Below are positions 1 through 12,730 of a stretch of DNA of 64,000 nt, piece after piece. The position numbers and the translations under genes are program-made. Below the pieces are notes generated by a model. It made no database searches. It was given only the letters and a program-made list of their open reading frames with translations, and was not told where the DNA came from. Source of the stretch: the human T2T-CHM13v2.0 reference genome, Homo sapiens; the NCBI RefSeq assembly GCF_009914755.1, contig NC_060935.1. The stretch is one strand, 5' to 3'. The first letter of the stretch is position 1; each line of letters starts with the position of its first letter.

Positions 1-1049
1 TTTGAAACCACTTTCCTCTAACCTGTGCCACCTTTGGGTCACTTCCGACCTTACAAAGGCATATAGACTTTTTGGTAGGGGAAAGTGTTTGGGTAAGATG
101 GCCCAATCCTTTTCCTCCGAGACCTGCTTCAGAGCCACTTAATCCTCTAAGCCTTCTGCATTTCCCTTCTCCTGTTCTCCCTCTGGCTCTTGGGAGGGGA
201 AACCCTGTGTCCATCTTCCCCTGCCAGCTGCAGTTGGGGGCATTAGACAATCAGGAAGAGGAGGCATGGTAGGGAAGACAGTGGTAGCTTTGGTCCAGTT
301 CCTTTTATTACCCCTTTCCTCCTTTCCTTGAAAGGCTCACCTTGTTTCCAGACCCCTGATTGTATGTGCCTGCGTGGGTCATTTCAGGGCTCTTCTCTGG
401 AGGGTGGAAGAGGCCTTGGGCTCGCCCAGAGGGTGGGCTGTGCTGCCAACGAGATTGATGCTGAGGCAGAGTGTGGGAGGAAAACTGCAGGGCACAGAAG
501 AGCAGCAGCTGGCTTGTCTTCCATGAAGCATTTGCTGAGCATTTGGTAGAGATCAAATGACTTTTTAATCCTCATAACCTTCCCAAAAAGATAGTATTAG
601 CATTACCTTACAGATACGAAAATGGAGCGGTCAAGAAGTGAACTTAGTTGCTGGGTTTACCCCTTTACTGGGATCAGCTTGCTTGATTGCTTTAAGGAAG
701 ATACCAAAAATAGGTCTTTGTGCATAAACCCATGTGCTATGCATGACCTGAAATGGAGCCAGAAGCTGGCAGAAATAAAGGTGGCTGCAGGGAGTAGGCA
801 TTCTGACTTTTTGTTTCTCTTTTGTGGAGACTTCCATGCTCTCAGCTTGCCTGCTTCAGTCTTCCCTTGTGCTGACTGGCCAGCTCTCCCTACTTCCCTA
901 GTCCATACCCAAAGGGGCAAGTGAGAATGGTTTGCTCATCTTCACTTCCCCAGGAAGGCAGAGCTCAGCTGCTAGGATACCTCACTGGCCCTTGAAAATG
1001 GTGATGTCTACATTTGAAAAAAATTATTTTTTTTCGTCGTAAAAAAGCA

Positions 1050-1335
1050 TGTATTATAACCAGTTGCATGTATACATACATGTCATAAGGTAAAGCTGTA
1101 AATTCACACACATAGCAGACACAAACACACAGATATACAATCACACACACCCACATATATATAAACACATTTTAGAAACATATATAACTGAAAAACGTTT
1201 TATGAAACAATGTTACATTCAAATTACTCTGATATTTTCCATTCTTTTCTATCCAATTAGAAGTACTGCTCATTATCCACCAAAGTGATTTCATAATCCA
1301 CTAATGAGTTGAAACCCTTGCATGGAAGAACGCTG
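1050..1335. mobile_element. Degenerate hAT-Charlie-type DNA transposon fragment
   Basis: Ends in ...gatttcataatccactaatgagttgaaaccc...gaagaacgctg, resembling a Charlie-family MITE terminus; subfamily not determined. Confidence 0.45.
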
Positions 1336-1339
1336 ATCT

Positions 1340-2105
1340 CCCTGTTGGAAGGGCCTCGGGGCTCAGTCCTTGGCCCTCTCCCATTCTTTCTCTCACTCCC
1401 TTTTGATGATCTCATCCAGTTTTATGATTTAAACATCATATATACTGATGACTCCCAAATTTACACCTCCAGCCAGGGCCTCCTCCCGCATCTCCATCCT
1501 CACATATCCAACAGCCTGTTCTTAAAGTCCAGTGGCAGCTCAGACTAGATCCTGACCCTCACCCCCACACCTATGCTTCCTTCAACCCACCTCAGCAAAT
1601 GGCACTTCCATTCCTCCAGATGCTCAGGCTAAATCACTTGGAGAGATTTCCCTGATCCCACACCATATCCAATCCACTTTCAGATACTCTTGGCTTCAAA
1701 CTACATCTAGAAATCAACAACTGTTCACCAACTCCACCACCTCCATTCTGCTTCAAGCACCATCATCTCTCTCTCAGGTCATTCTAACAGCCTCTTAGCC
1801 AATCCCCTTGCTTTCACCTCTGCCAGAGACCTTTAAACATATGTCAGATCATGTTGTTCCTCTGCTCAAAACCCTTCAGGGAATCCTCATCTTATGCAGA
1901 GTGGAACTCAGTCTTCCCTACGGCCTTCGTGGACCTCCGCCATTGGGTTCCTGTGACTCTCCGGCCTTGTCCTTTGTTGCTTTCCACACCTCCCATGCAC
2001 TCCACCCAGCAATTCCCCACCCACAACAGCCCACACCTGCCTCTTGATATTTGCTCTTACTATCTCCACTGCCTGAATCGCTCCTCTAATTACCCACATG
2101 GATCA
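1340..2105 (+). mobile_element. L2 LINE, ORF2 RT region and downstream part (continues after the MLT2 insertion)
   Basis: ORF 1309-1548 reads GPRGSVLGPLPFF...YTDDSQIY, matching L2 RT motifs GVPQGSVLGPLLF / YADDSQIY. Confidence 0.85.
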
Positions 2106-2107
2106 CA

Positions 2108-2541
2108 ACATTAGTCAGGTTCTCCAGAGAAACAAAACCAACAGGATGCATGAATAGAGAGAAGGAGATGTTTGGTAAGTAATTGGCTCATGCAATTATG
2201 AAGACTGACAAGTCCCAATATGTGGTCAGCAAACTGGAGATGCAGAAGAGCTGATGTTTCAGTTCAGCTCTGCAGGCAAGAAAAACTGATTCCCCACCTC
2301 AAAGGCAGTCAGGCAGGAGGAAGTTTCTGTTACTGGGGGAGGCTCAGCCCTTGTGTTCCATTCAGGCCTTCAACTGATTGGATGTGGCTCACCTACATTA
2401 GAGAGGGCAATCTGCTTTACTCAGTCTACTGACTCAAATGTTAACTCATCAAAAAACACTCTCATAGAAATATCCAGAATAATGTTTGACCAAATATCTG
2501 GGTACCCCATACCCCAGTCAAGTTGACACACAAAATTATCA
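2108..2541 (-). mobile_element. MLT2B-type ERVL solo LTR nested in L2
   Basis: Termini ttagtcaggttctccagagaaac... and ...ccagtcaagttgacacacaaaattatca; core ggccttcaactgattggatg...agggcaatctgctttactcag. Confidence 0.85.
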
Positions 2542-2875
2542 TGCTCACTTCTTCATCTCCTTTAGGTTTCTGCTCAAATGCTGCTTTATGAGAGAGGCTT
2601 TCTCTGGCCATTTAGATATAATGGTATCCTTCTTCCCTCCCATGAGCCTTTAAATCCCTTACTCTGCTTTCTCTTTTTCCAAAGTACTTAGAATTAACGT
2701 ATTATAAATGTATTATTATTTTTGTTTATTGCAGTCTACTGAAGACTGTAAACTCCAAGAGGGAAGAGATCCTGTTCTGTTTGCAGCTGTATTTCCAGTG
2801 TCTAGAAAAAGACACATTACTACATGATGGACATACAATAACCACTCAAATAATATTTATTGAATGAATGAATGA
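2542..2875 (+). mobile_element. L2 3' end (continuation)
   Basis: L2 3' UTR gactgtaaactccaagaggg...atatttattgaatgaatgaatga tail. Confidence 0.85.
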
Positions 2876-4479
2876 CTCTCTAGCTGGACAATGAGCAAGC
2901 CGTTCTTGGGTTAGATACTTGCTCTGATCCAGCCAGTGGCTACCTCTTGTAAAAAATAGCTGACTTTGTTCCCTGAACTGGGTCAGTCCCTGGCAGGACT
3001 GTTAGCCAGGAGGGGCCTCTGGGCATAGTAAGTCCACATTCATTGAATTACATGTAAAATAAACCACATCTTTTATTTCCTTGGCATGGACTATCACTGT
3101 TTTTGTGTTCTTTGTAAAGTTCCATGAAAAACAAAGTTACAAGAGCCACAAGAAACTTGAAGATGGTATGCACATCAGAGAAGGGAGAGACTGAATCCAG
3201 CTAGTGGGACAGTGTCTCCTTGTGCAGAAGGGGTATCTTAACTGAGCCCTGATAGAAGGATTCGGGACTGGGGTGGGACTGAGCAGAAAGGGCATGTCAG
3301 GCCAAGAAATAAATATAAGCATAGACAAAGGGGTGAGGACGTGCACTTGTATGTGAAAAACAGTGAGTAGTGCTGCTTAATGGAGCATTTTGTAAGTACC
3401 AATTAAAGATAAATCATGAGTGTCAGATCAACAGGAAAATTCCGGTGAGATATAACTCAAGCCCCCAAGTTTTATTTTCCAATGAGGTAGTTTGATGTCC
3501 TGGCTTACCCAGATCCTTGCTTCTCCTCACCATTTTGGTAAGCTCTGCATCAAGGCAGGCAAAAGCTTAGAAATCTTTGCCTCTCCTGTTTAGGACACCT
3601 TTGATGTTCAGCAGGTCCAGGTGAGATCATGGTAACTCCGAGAAGTAATGGGAGCCTGCATTTGCAAAATGCTTGTCTTCACAGTTCTGAGTGTTTAATT
3701 AGTTGATTCTCACATCTTCAATTGCACAAGGGCACCTGAATAATGCTCACCACAGCATCGGCTTTCTCTATGAGGTATAGAGGGTAAGTGTTTGAACAAT
3801 TTTCAGAGTGACAGAGCCACAATTTCCCTCTCAGTGTTCAGTGATTTCACTACTTCTTCAAATTTATCCAGACTTGCTAAAGAACTGCACAAGCAGTTGG
3901 TATCATATTATTTTTCATTCTCCTCTTCCTAAAAGTTACCAAATTTTCATCATTTTAAGGACCTCCCGGAAGAAAAGAGATTAAAAGATGTTCTTAGCTT
4001 ACAGACCTCTTTCTCTATATTTTTTCTTTCTGTCTTTACTCCTCTGCTTGTCTCTATTTCTGTGTTTGTTTCTTTGCCTGTCTCTATCTCTGTTCACTTT
4101 TCTCCACTCAGGATCTCTGAGACGTGATGAAGTGGACTGCATAGGAAAGAATATTTGAGAGACAATGAGGAGAGCTGAGACCTAGGTGCCAGTGCCAGCT
4201 TTGCCACTTAATAATTGGACATCACCAGAGAAGTTGCTTAGCCTTTCTGGACGCTGTTTTTCCTGAATGTACAGCAGAGTTGCCCACAGATTAGGGAGGC
4301 AGGGTGACGTCATGAAGAGCAAGAAATTCTAGTTGGGATCAAAAGACCTAGGTTCTCCTGTGGTCCCTGTCAAAGCAACCTTGTGGCCCTGAGCAAGTTC
4401 TTAAACCTCCTGGCATCTCAAGTTTCTCACCTGATAGAATGAAGGTAACACAAAGCTCTAGAGAGAGAAAAGAGGGAGT

Positions 4480-4980
4480 AATCAAGCACGGAGCATCACG
4501 GCTTTGCATTCAGGCAGGCTGGGGTTCAATTCCCACTCATTACTAGCCATGTGTTCTTGGGTAAGTTACTTAACAATAATAGTTAATATTCCTCTTGCAT
4601 GTTTCACATACCAGACACTATCCTAAACATTTCTTTGGATTATCTCAGTGATCCTTCCTAATGTGATGAGGAGGGTGATATGATTTTATTTATTTTATAT
4701 ACAAGGGAATGGGGCTCCGGGAGGCTTGGGTAACTGCACAAGCTCAAAGAACTAGGCCGTGGCAGAGCAGGGATGCACGTCCAGCTCTTCTCACTCCAGA
4801 GCCCACACACTTTGCCACTGGGCTATCATGACTCTAAGTCTCTGTTTGGGCATGGCAAGTCCACAAGTAAAATTACTTGTATAATAAGTGCTAAATAATT
4901 ATACAGTTATTGTGAGGATTGAGATGCTACATACAAATGATTTACCACGTGTCTCATATAATTCTGTAGTAAATGTCAGT
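4480..4980. mobile_element. MIR (+) interrupted by a near full-length MIR (-) at ~4574-4830
   Basis: MIR core ...ttgggtaagttacttaac breaks off and resumes as ctctaagtctctgttt after an antisense MIR. Confidence 0.7.
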
Positions 4981-6059
4981 ATGTATATATATTCCACCTT
5001 AAATATTTAACTTTGGAACATAATGGGGTAAAATGTGTACACTGCAGGTATGTGAATAAGTGGTTTGCAACATTTTACGTGCTCTGCAAGGCACTGTCAT
5101 GATGACACTCTCTAATGTTCCTTCTAGCTCTTAATTCAGACCTTTGTGACTCATTTTCTCTAGGTTATCAGCTCCAGCGGAAGTTCCCAGGCCACTTTAT
5201 GCAGTGATGATGAGTGTTTCCAGAGCACTTTGACTTCTGTATTAATTAAATGTGAGAAAACATAGATCTCCATGGAAAGACACCTCTGTGGTTTCTTTTT
5301 AAACTCTGTACTTCCACCATACCTTGCAGCTATACCACTCAGAACAACCTGCATACAGTATTCTATTTATCTTCAGAATCATGAGTCACAGACTAGTTAT
5401 TGAAGTTGGGTCATATGTTCTGAAAAGGAAAGATGTATCTTGAGAAGAAAGGGAGGAGAAAAGTGAGTCAAGAGGCTTTGAATAATTCGTTCAAAGGTCA
5501 CAAGTACAAGGCCAACCTTTACCCATGTATTCCTTCACCAAATACTTATTAAGCCCTTATGCAATACTAAGCACTGGAGAAACAAAGTCAGGTATGCCTT
5601 GCTTCCTGTCCTGGAGGAGGGGAAGAGAAAGGGTTCTCAATTTATTGCTTGCTTGTTTTGGGTTGAGCACTGGGCTAGGAGTTAGTTGGGGTGACAGGCC
5701 AAAATTGTTACCAAATGGAATGACAGCTTCTGGAATTTCAGTCCTGCAGTACATGTGCGGCCAGCAGGGAAAGTGTCCCAACAGCTATTGTCAGATCTTT
5801 CATTGCCAGCCTTAGAGAGGAGGATGATCAAGTTTTCTGCTTCCTGTGTTGTCTTAATCCATGTGTGTGTATCTGTTCAATTCAATGGCTAAAAGCTCAG
5901 GAAATCTTAAAGGTCTGGAGTGTAGAGCCACCTCGAAGGCTGCCACAGGTGCTAAAACCTGGCAGACCTGGCCTTCCTCATGCAGATGCAGGAAGGACTC
6001 TCTGCAGCAGCCCTGGCTTGGCTGACAAATTGTAGGACAGACTTTTAGGACAGGCTGCC

Positions 6060-6565
6060 CACAGTATTCCTAAACATGGGTCTCACCACATTGCCCCTCT
6101 GCCCAAAACCCTTCCATAACTCCCCTGGCATAGAAAAGAGGCAATGTCCTGAGATGGGTCTTGAGGCTGTCCTCTGTGGGGTGGCCCTAATCTGTCTTTG
6201 TAACATCCTTTATCACTCAACCACCGGTCCCTGACATCTCCAGCCATACCTCATCCCACTTCCTCCTTTCAGGAATTTTTTTTCCTTTTGCTCACACAGT
6301 TTCTCCAATCAGCTAAGGCTTAACTCAAATGCCTACTGTTCCAGGAGACCTCAGATCTTCCCAAGTGGAATGAATCAGTCTCTCCTCTCCCTTCTCACAG
6401 CACTTTGCTGACACTTCTGAAATAGCACAAAGCACAGCCTGCCTTTGATTATGCCTGGTCATGAAGGCACATTCCTCAAGTACGAGACTTGGTCCTCGTG
6501 GACTCCTCCTCAGGAATAGAGCCTTGCTCATGATATGTACTAATAAGGGTTTGTGGAATTGACTA
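6060..6565 (+). mobile_element. L2 3' region
   Basis: aaaacccttccataactcccc...ctcaaatgcctact...taataagggtttgtggaattga. Confidence 0.7.
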
Positions 6566-7164
6566 GCAAACTGTGAAGTGTCTACGGGGGCTCCAGTGCC
6601 TGTGTGGTCATTGGCTTGTGCACCTTCAGAATCATTCTCCTGCTCTGCTCTGGATTGCAGAGGTCTGATCCTTGCAAACCATGCTTTCCAGGCTCCTTTG
6701 CAAACCACATTTCCCAGGGTCCTGGCTCACATTCTGAGATCATATCATATAGGCATCAGGAAACCTAGATGCTAATTCTGGCTCTGACCCTAGGTATCTT
6801 TAGGTAACTCACAAAATTTCTTTGGGTTTTAGGTGGCTCTTTAACAAAATGAAAATGCTGAATTGATATTCTATAAGAGCCTGAGCATCTATCTATCTAT
6901 TCTTTTGTCCATATACTCATGAAACATGTATCGAGCCCTTCCCCTGTGCCAGGTGACAGAGATACAGAGGTAAGCACAGCATGGCTTCTACCCTCAGTAA
7001 GCTCACCCTGGAGCAACAGAAGTACTTTTAGAAGGAAAATGATGTAAGTGGGCATATTCTTTAGACTAAATGTGTTCTTTAGTCTGCTGGGGGAGGGGGG
7101 TTGGCAGGGTGGACAACAGGAGCCAATTTCCCAAGGGCAGAACAAAAGCTATGGATAGAAGTCA

Positions 7165-7386
7165 GAGAAAGACAGATTTCATCTCAGGATGACAGCGTGG
7201 ATTTTCTAACAATTAGAGGAACTCCACACTGCATTATAAGGTAGTGATGTCCCTGTCAGCAAACATATTCAAGAATGAGCTGGATGAATCCCTAGCAGGT
7301 AGCAGAGAAGCACTTTCCTGCTTTGGGAAGATAGAATAGATAGTTCTTAAGACATTTTCTTAATTCTAGGTTATTCTATGATTCTA
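7165..7386 (+). mobile_element. CR1/L3 LINE 3' end
   Basis: aggtagtgatgtccctgtca...ttcaagaatgagctggatga...ttattctatgattcta terminal microsatellite. Confidence 0.65.
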
Positions 7387-8269
7387 AAAGTCAATGTTTC
7401 CATGCTTCAAATGTGTTTGACATCCTTTTAAAAAAGTAGGAAGATCTTATCTTTTATTTAAAGATAAGATCTTTATAAAACCACTAAAATTGAAGTTACT
7501 GTGGTTAACGTGCAGGGACCCACTCTCTTAACCTTCCCCTCAGTTCCTACAAAAAATACAGCTCCAGCCCCCCACGTCCTCCTGTCTCCCTGGCCTTGCA
7601 GCCTGCACATGCAGTCCCCTTCTGCCCTGTCTGCCCTTGGCCGAGAGAGGTTAAGGATCCAGCTTGATGCCATGGGACTCTGCAGCATATGGCCCTGACT
7701 CCAGGGCTGGCTCTGACTTTGTCACACTCTGGTGCTGGGCTGCCGGCAACTGCCTCAGCCTCCTCGTCTCCACCTTCCTGACTCTTAGTGGCCTGCAGTC
7801 TCTATCAAGGCACCAGATCACTTCTCTTCCTTCCTCATCCTCCCCGACCCAATCCTCTTCTTTTTCCCCAGCCATGAAGGCCTTCATTATTGTGCAGGAA
7901 CTCACATTTGCTATGTCCTCTGAGCCAGGCTTAATGCTCATGTTTGATCCTCACATCAAAGCTGAGAGTCCAGCATTAATATCTGTACCTATGTCACAAA
8001 TTTAGCTTCAGAGAGGGCAAGTGACTTGCTCACAGTCACTCAGCTGGGAAGCAGCTGAGTTGAGTTCAAACGATCTGGCTCTGCCCAACCCTGGAGCCTA
8101 TGTTCATTCCACACTCAGTGGCAAGCTGGTCCCTCTGGAGCCTGGGCCCTGCCTTGCTCTTCCTGGGTGTCCTTTCAGGTGGCAAGACCTCTCATTGCTC
8201 CAAGACGAATTTCCCACCTAGTTTTCTTGAGTTTCAGCTCTGAATTCCATTTTATCTTAATTTACTTAT

Positions 8270-8510
8270 ATACTCTGACATTTATTAAGCCCTCACTCTA
8301 TACTAGGAATGGTTTTAAGCACTTTACATGCATTAACTTATGTAATCCTTTTGAAAGACCTGTAAGGTAGGCATAATTGTTCACCTATTTTACACTTAAC
8401 AAAACTGAGGCCCAGTGAGGTTGGGTAACATGGTTATACAACTATAAAAGGGCAGAGCCAATCCACAGCTGGGCATCTGGCTCTAGAGCCTGATTTCCTA
8501 ATAACTAAGT
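8270..8510 (-). mobile_element. MIR SINE
   Basis: tttattaagccctcact...attttacac...aaaactgaggcccagtgaggttgggtaac...tctggctctagagcc. Confidence 0.8.
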
Positions 8511-9459
8511 CACTGTATACAGAATTTTACCTGGCTGACTTATGTCCTTTCCACCACCAGCAGCTGAGATGGTAAGATTCAGTAACACTGGGACTCCATC
8601 TGACTTAGTGACTGCCCTTCCCTGAAGGTGTCAAGGTTGTAACTACTCTACATAGCTGCTTTGACATGGGGACATTTTTTATTCAGGCTGATAAATAAAT
8701 AAATAGTGAAGCAGGTGTGTGTGTGTGTTTGTATTTGATGGAATGGAGAACAGGGGTATCTCTGCATCCATTACTTGGTAAGACACAATTTTTTCCATTT
8801 CCACCTAGCCATATCAGAATGTCTTGCTTTGTTTCAGTGAATGGCTGAAGGTATAGGCTAAGAAATAGATTTAATCTCTTGTTCCAAGTTTGGTTGATTT
8901 ATGGTGGCTGCTTGGAGCCACAAGTTGGGAAGGATTCTGAGGTCACATTTGGTCCCAGCAGGAAAGAGAGCCATGATCTATTAATAATGTCTGCCATGAG
9001 CAAGAGAGGTGAAGGTGATGCACACAAGTTGTTTATCTGACATTCATGAACTGATTTCTTATCCTGACTTCCTGACTCTTTCTTGTCTGTTATATCCTTA
9101 ATCAGTTAAGTGTGGCCAACCCCATTCTTATTGTAAGATGTGACCTGAGTTTTGCCAGGATCTCCATCCAGTTCCTACATGGATGGCCTTGATATGAATA
9201 TGGTGTAGAATGGGGAGATAAGAAGATGGGGATAAATGCATTCTTTGGGTAGTATATTTTGTCTTGGCATTCTTTCATAATTCAAACAGAACGTAGAAGT
9301 TTTCATTAATAGCTTGGAGAATCAGTAAAGATCTTTCTCCTCAGTTATTGGAGACATGGCTATGAGATTCTTCCCTATAGCACTGTTCTGTATCCTATCC
9401 TGCTAGGAGTCATAGCAAAAACAACAGCAGCTCCACAGTTTGCTCTGGACTCCGTTTCT

Positions 9460-9815
9460 TCCCAATGCTCTTGAACAGGTCCTGGTGGGTTGTGTGATCT
9501 GCAATGTTCTTCCCTCAGGTCTTCCCAAAGCTGAGTTTCCTTATCTTTCAGGTCTGAATCCCCATGACGCTACCTTAAACAGGCTTCCCTTCAGCACCTT
9601 ACCAAATGATGTCTTCCTCAGTCATTCTCTATCATACTACCTTATTGTATTTTATTATATTCCTATCTTGCGTAATTGGCTTGACTTATTTTTCTCATTG
9701 ATTTGCTTACTTACTAGGTGTCTGCCCCTTCATGTTTGTAATGCAAGCCCTGTTTTAAATTTTCTTGTTCACCCCTCTTTTCTAGTGGTTTTGACCATCT
9801 GGCATAAGCAAGACA
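9460..9815 (+). mobile_element. L2 3' region
   Basis: ctgcaatgttcttccctcagg...ttatctttcaggtctgaatcc...tgtctgcccc...tgtaatgcaagcc. Confidence 0.65.
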
Positions 9816-10109
9816 ATGTTCTCTTGCAGTAAAATGGATCTTTAGAATTTCTTGTAATTCAAATGCTTCTCTGCTTTTGAAGATCTTTTCCCGTGATGTG
9901 TACTCACCTGGCCTCCAGCCTAAGTTTTCCATCAGATCTGTCACATGCTGGAAATATCAGGTCTATGGTAGTATACTTTCTGAGAGTGAATTGTAGCTCT
10001 TCACTCAGGCAAACTTCATGAACAAAGCCTAGGAGTTCCATGAAGGCAGGAGCCCTTGTGCCCAGTGTTGTCCACACTGACTTTCTCGATACACTCCTTT
10101 GGTCATATC

Positions 10110-10540
10110 TCTTCCATATCCTTTCCAAAATCTTCAGTGATTGCTCATTGCCCAGAGACTAAAAGTCTAAGGTCTTTAGAGTAGGCACTTAAGGCTTTTC
10201 AGATCTTCCTGGCTCTTGCTCTTTCGACTCAACACAGGAATAAACCTTGGCTTGTTCCCTGAACATGCCTGGCATGCATTCTCTCCTCCATGAGGTTCTT
10301 GCTCAAGCATCATTCGTTAGGCAGTCTGCCTTAGTTTCCCTTATCTTAGAACAGATGACTGTCCTACGGGCCCCTTGCAGCCTGACATTCCTGCACACTC
10401 ACACATGATTTTGAAATATACTGTTTATGTGCATTATCCTAAATAATAAGCCTCTTGGGGACAAGCATTATTTCTAATTTACTTTTGTATCCTAGTAATT
10501 AGCAGAGTGTCTAGCCCAAATTACAGAAGTATGAATAGAA
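10110..10540 (+). mobile_element. L2 3' region
   Basis: aaaatcttcagtgattgctcattgcc...ttgttccctgaacatgcc...ttttgtatcctagtaattagcagagtgtctagc. Confidence 0.65.
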
Positions 10541-10659
10541 TCACTCCATCATTTTTTACAAATAAAGAAACTAAAGTGCACAGCGTAAGTGTGTCTTGCC
10601 CAAATCCACATAGCTAGTTGCCAGGGGAATCAAGACTTGAACATCAATTTTTTATACTT

Positions 10660-10978
10660 AGAGAGTACACACTCAAATGTCAAAAGGGGCTGATTACATA
10701 AGGGCTAAAGCATATTAATAAAATAGAATTGAAAGTGGGGGTCCTGTCTATCTAGGAGAAGCTGCCCATCAGCTCCAGAGGACAATGTTCAGGTGGGCAT
10801 ATTGGTCCAGCTCTTCCACATAATCAGGTTACAAGGAAAAAGTAGAAAATATTATTTGTATGTGACATCTCACAAAATTTTTCATTTTTCCAACTAGCTA
10901 TAATGAAAACTACTTCATGGTCTAAGCACATTCCCTCTGTGAGCCAGATGAAGCTTCAGCCTGCCAATTAGTGACCTG
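10660..10978 (-). mobile_element. MER102-type hAT-Charlie MITE
   Basis: gctgcccatcagctccag...gggcatattggtccag core and gccagatg...gcctgccaattagtgacctg terminus. Confidence 0.6.
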
Positions 10979-11149
10979 TACTCATTTCTATAGGACTCCC
11001 TTGAATACAGTATCATGGGTCAAGGAGCTCAGACCTGTAGAATGAGAGAGAAGTTCCAATTTCCTTTGTGGCTGACTTATTTAAAGCCACTGATATTGGG
11101 CTGATCTTAGAGCCTTCAAGGTGAGTGGGACGAACACCCTCGAGTTTCA

Positions 11150-11560
11150 CTTGAATGCTCTGGAGCTGTGTCAACTCCAAATGACAGTTTTCCTGGTCAT
11201 TAAAAATGACCAAGAGTGCGAATGATGGTCTGCAAATGGGCTTTGCTGTGGATAAATGCAAATCAATACAAATTATGAAAGGGGCCCTGTGATGGATTGG
11301 CTGGCTGTCAAGAAAGATGAAACGCTGAAGGATTATTGTGTGTGTGTGAAGGGGAGCATATTTCTCTGAAGGCCTGGCTCTTTGGAAATGGGGTGGAGGG
11401 TAATGTTCAGCCTTAGAGGAAATGATCAGCTCTGCCTTAATGTAGGTACTGAGAGCGAGGCAATGGGAGTTTTGGCCACATTGACTTGAACATTCATTTA
11501 TTATGATGAAATGAGCTAGTATTGACCTGGAGAACCTAATGCATAGTATCAGCATATTAA
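11150..11560. promoter_or_regulatory. Candidate enhancer island (PBX-HOX, MEIS and POU motifs)
   Basis: Repeat-free; TGATGGATTG 11290-11299, CTGTCA 11305-11310, TGACAG 11182-11187, ATGCAAAT 11256-11263. Confidence 0.35.
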
Positions 11561-11699
11561 TAACAGGTCATTACATGCTATGTCTAACTGCTAGGGTTGA
11601 AATGATTGCTGTCCTTTCAAATATCAAGGAAATGGTGTCATTTAGATTTGCAATTATTGCTCCCAGGTTATCACGACTACTTTCAAATTAGAGTTCAGG

Positions 11700-11920
11700 G
11701 AGTAAAGGAGAACAGCATGGAGTCAGCATGGGTTTATATCATAAGTTCACTATTATTAGACTTATATCCTTGGGTATATTGCTTAAACCATCTTCGGTCT
11801 CAAGTTTATAATTTGTAAACTGGGGATAACATTTTCTTCTTAGGTGTGTTGGCAGATGGCATTTGTAAATACACCTTGCACAATGCCTGGTAAAAACTTG
11901 ATGTTGAATGTATGTTAATT
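11700..11920 (+). mobile_element. MIR SINE
   Basis: tccttgggtatattgcttaaac...tttgtaaactggggataac...ttgcacaatgcctgg. Confidence 0.75.
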
Positions 11921-12534
11921 TCCCTTCCTCTATCAATTCCCACAGCACTCTGTCTGAGCCATGTTTAGGACTTCGTTGGCTTTCTACCTGAATTTCTCTA
12001 GTCACTTCTGTCCATATAATCCTTTGTTAGGCAATGAATTATCTCACAGCTGAGTTTTTAAAAATGTTTTATCTTTTCATCTTCCACAGGGTCTGCCCAC
12101 AGTAGGTACCCAATTAATATTTGTGGCATTAATGGATCCACGACTAAAGGCACAAGGGCTGTGGAAGTCTTGGTCAGCATTTTCCCTGCCAGTCATCTGT
12201 GCCATGAAGTTGCTCTATTATAGCAGGCCAAATGAATCAGGAAAAGCAGGTTCATCTGCTGCTCCTGGTGCATGTAAGCTTTCCTAACTCATCACCTGTT
12301 CTAAGTGTGGACTAATGGCGGCTGAGATGCAAGTAGAAGCTATAATTTCTGTGACTAAGAGTGGAAGATAGAACATAGTAAACTTCCTTGAATACATGAC
12401 TTCTGAGCTGGGCCACATAATATCAGGGAGATTTTTCTAGGTAGAAAATAAGAAATGACATTCTAGGCAAAAGAAACAGTCTGTGCAAGGGTAGGAGGTA
12501 TGAAAATAGAGGATGTGTAACTACACAAGGGAAC

Positions 12535-12730
12535 TGGAATTTTTTGAGCACCTACTATATGCCAAGAGCTTTTTTTCTGTTACCATATTTCATTCTCTAA
12601 CTCATCTTGCTTGGGAAGCATTGTCCTTCCTATTTTAAGGGGAGAAAAAAAACTGTGCTAAATGTTTAGGAATTTGTTGAGACCACATAGCACAAAAGTG
12701 GCTGAGCTGGATTTTGAACCTAGGCCTGTC
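12535..12730 (-). mobile_element. MIR SINE
   Basis: ttttgagcacctactatatgccaag...aagtggctgagctggattttgaacctaggcctgtc. Confidence 0.75.

Noticed and set aside
9902-9910. Perfect minus-strand splice donor CAG|GTGAGT
   Set aside because: No convincing acceptor at exon distance; isolated donors are common by chance
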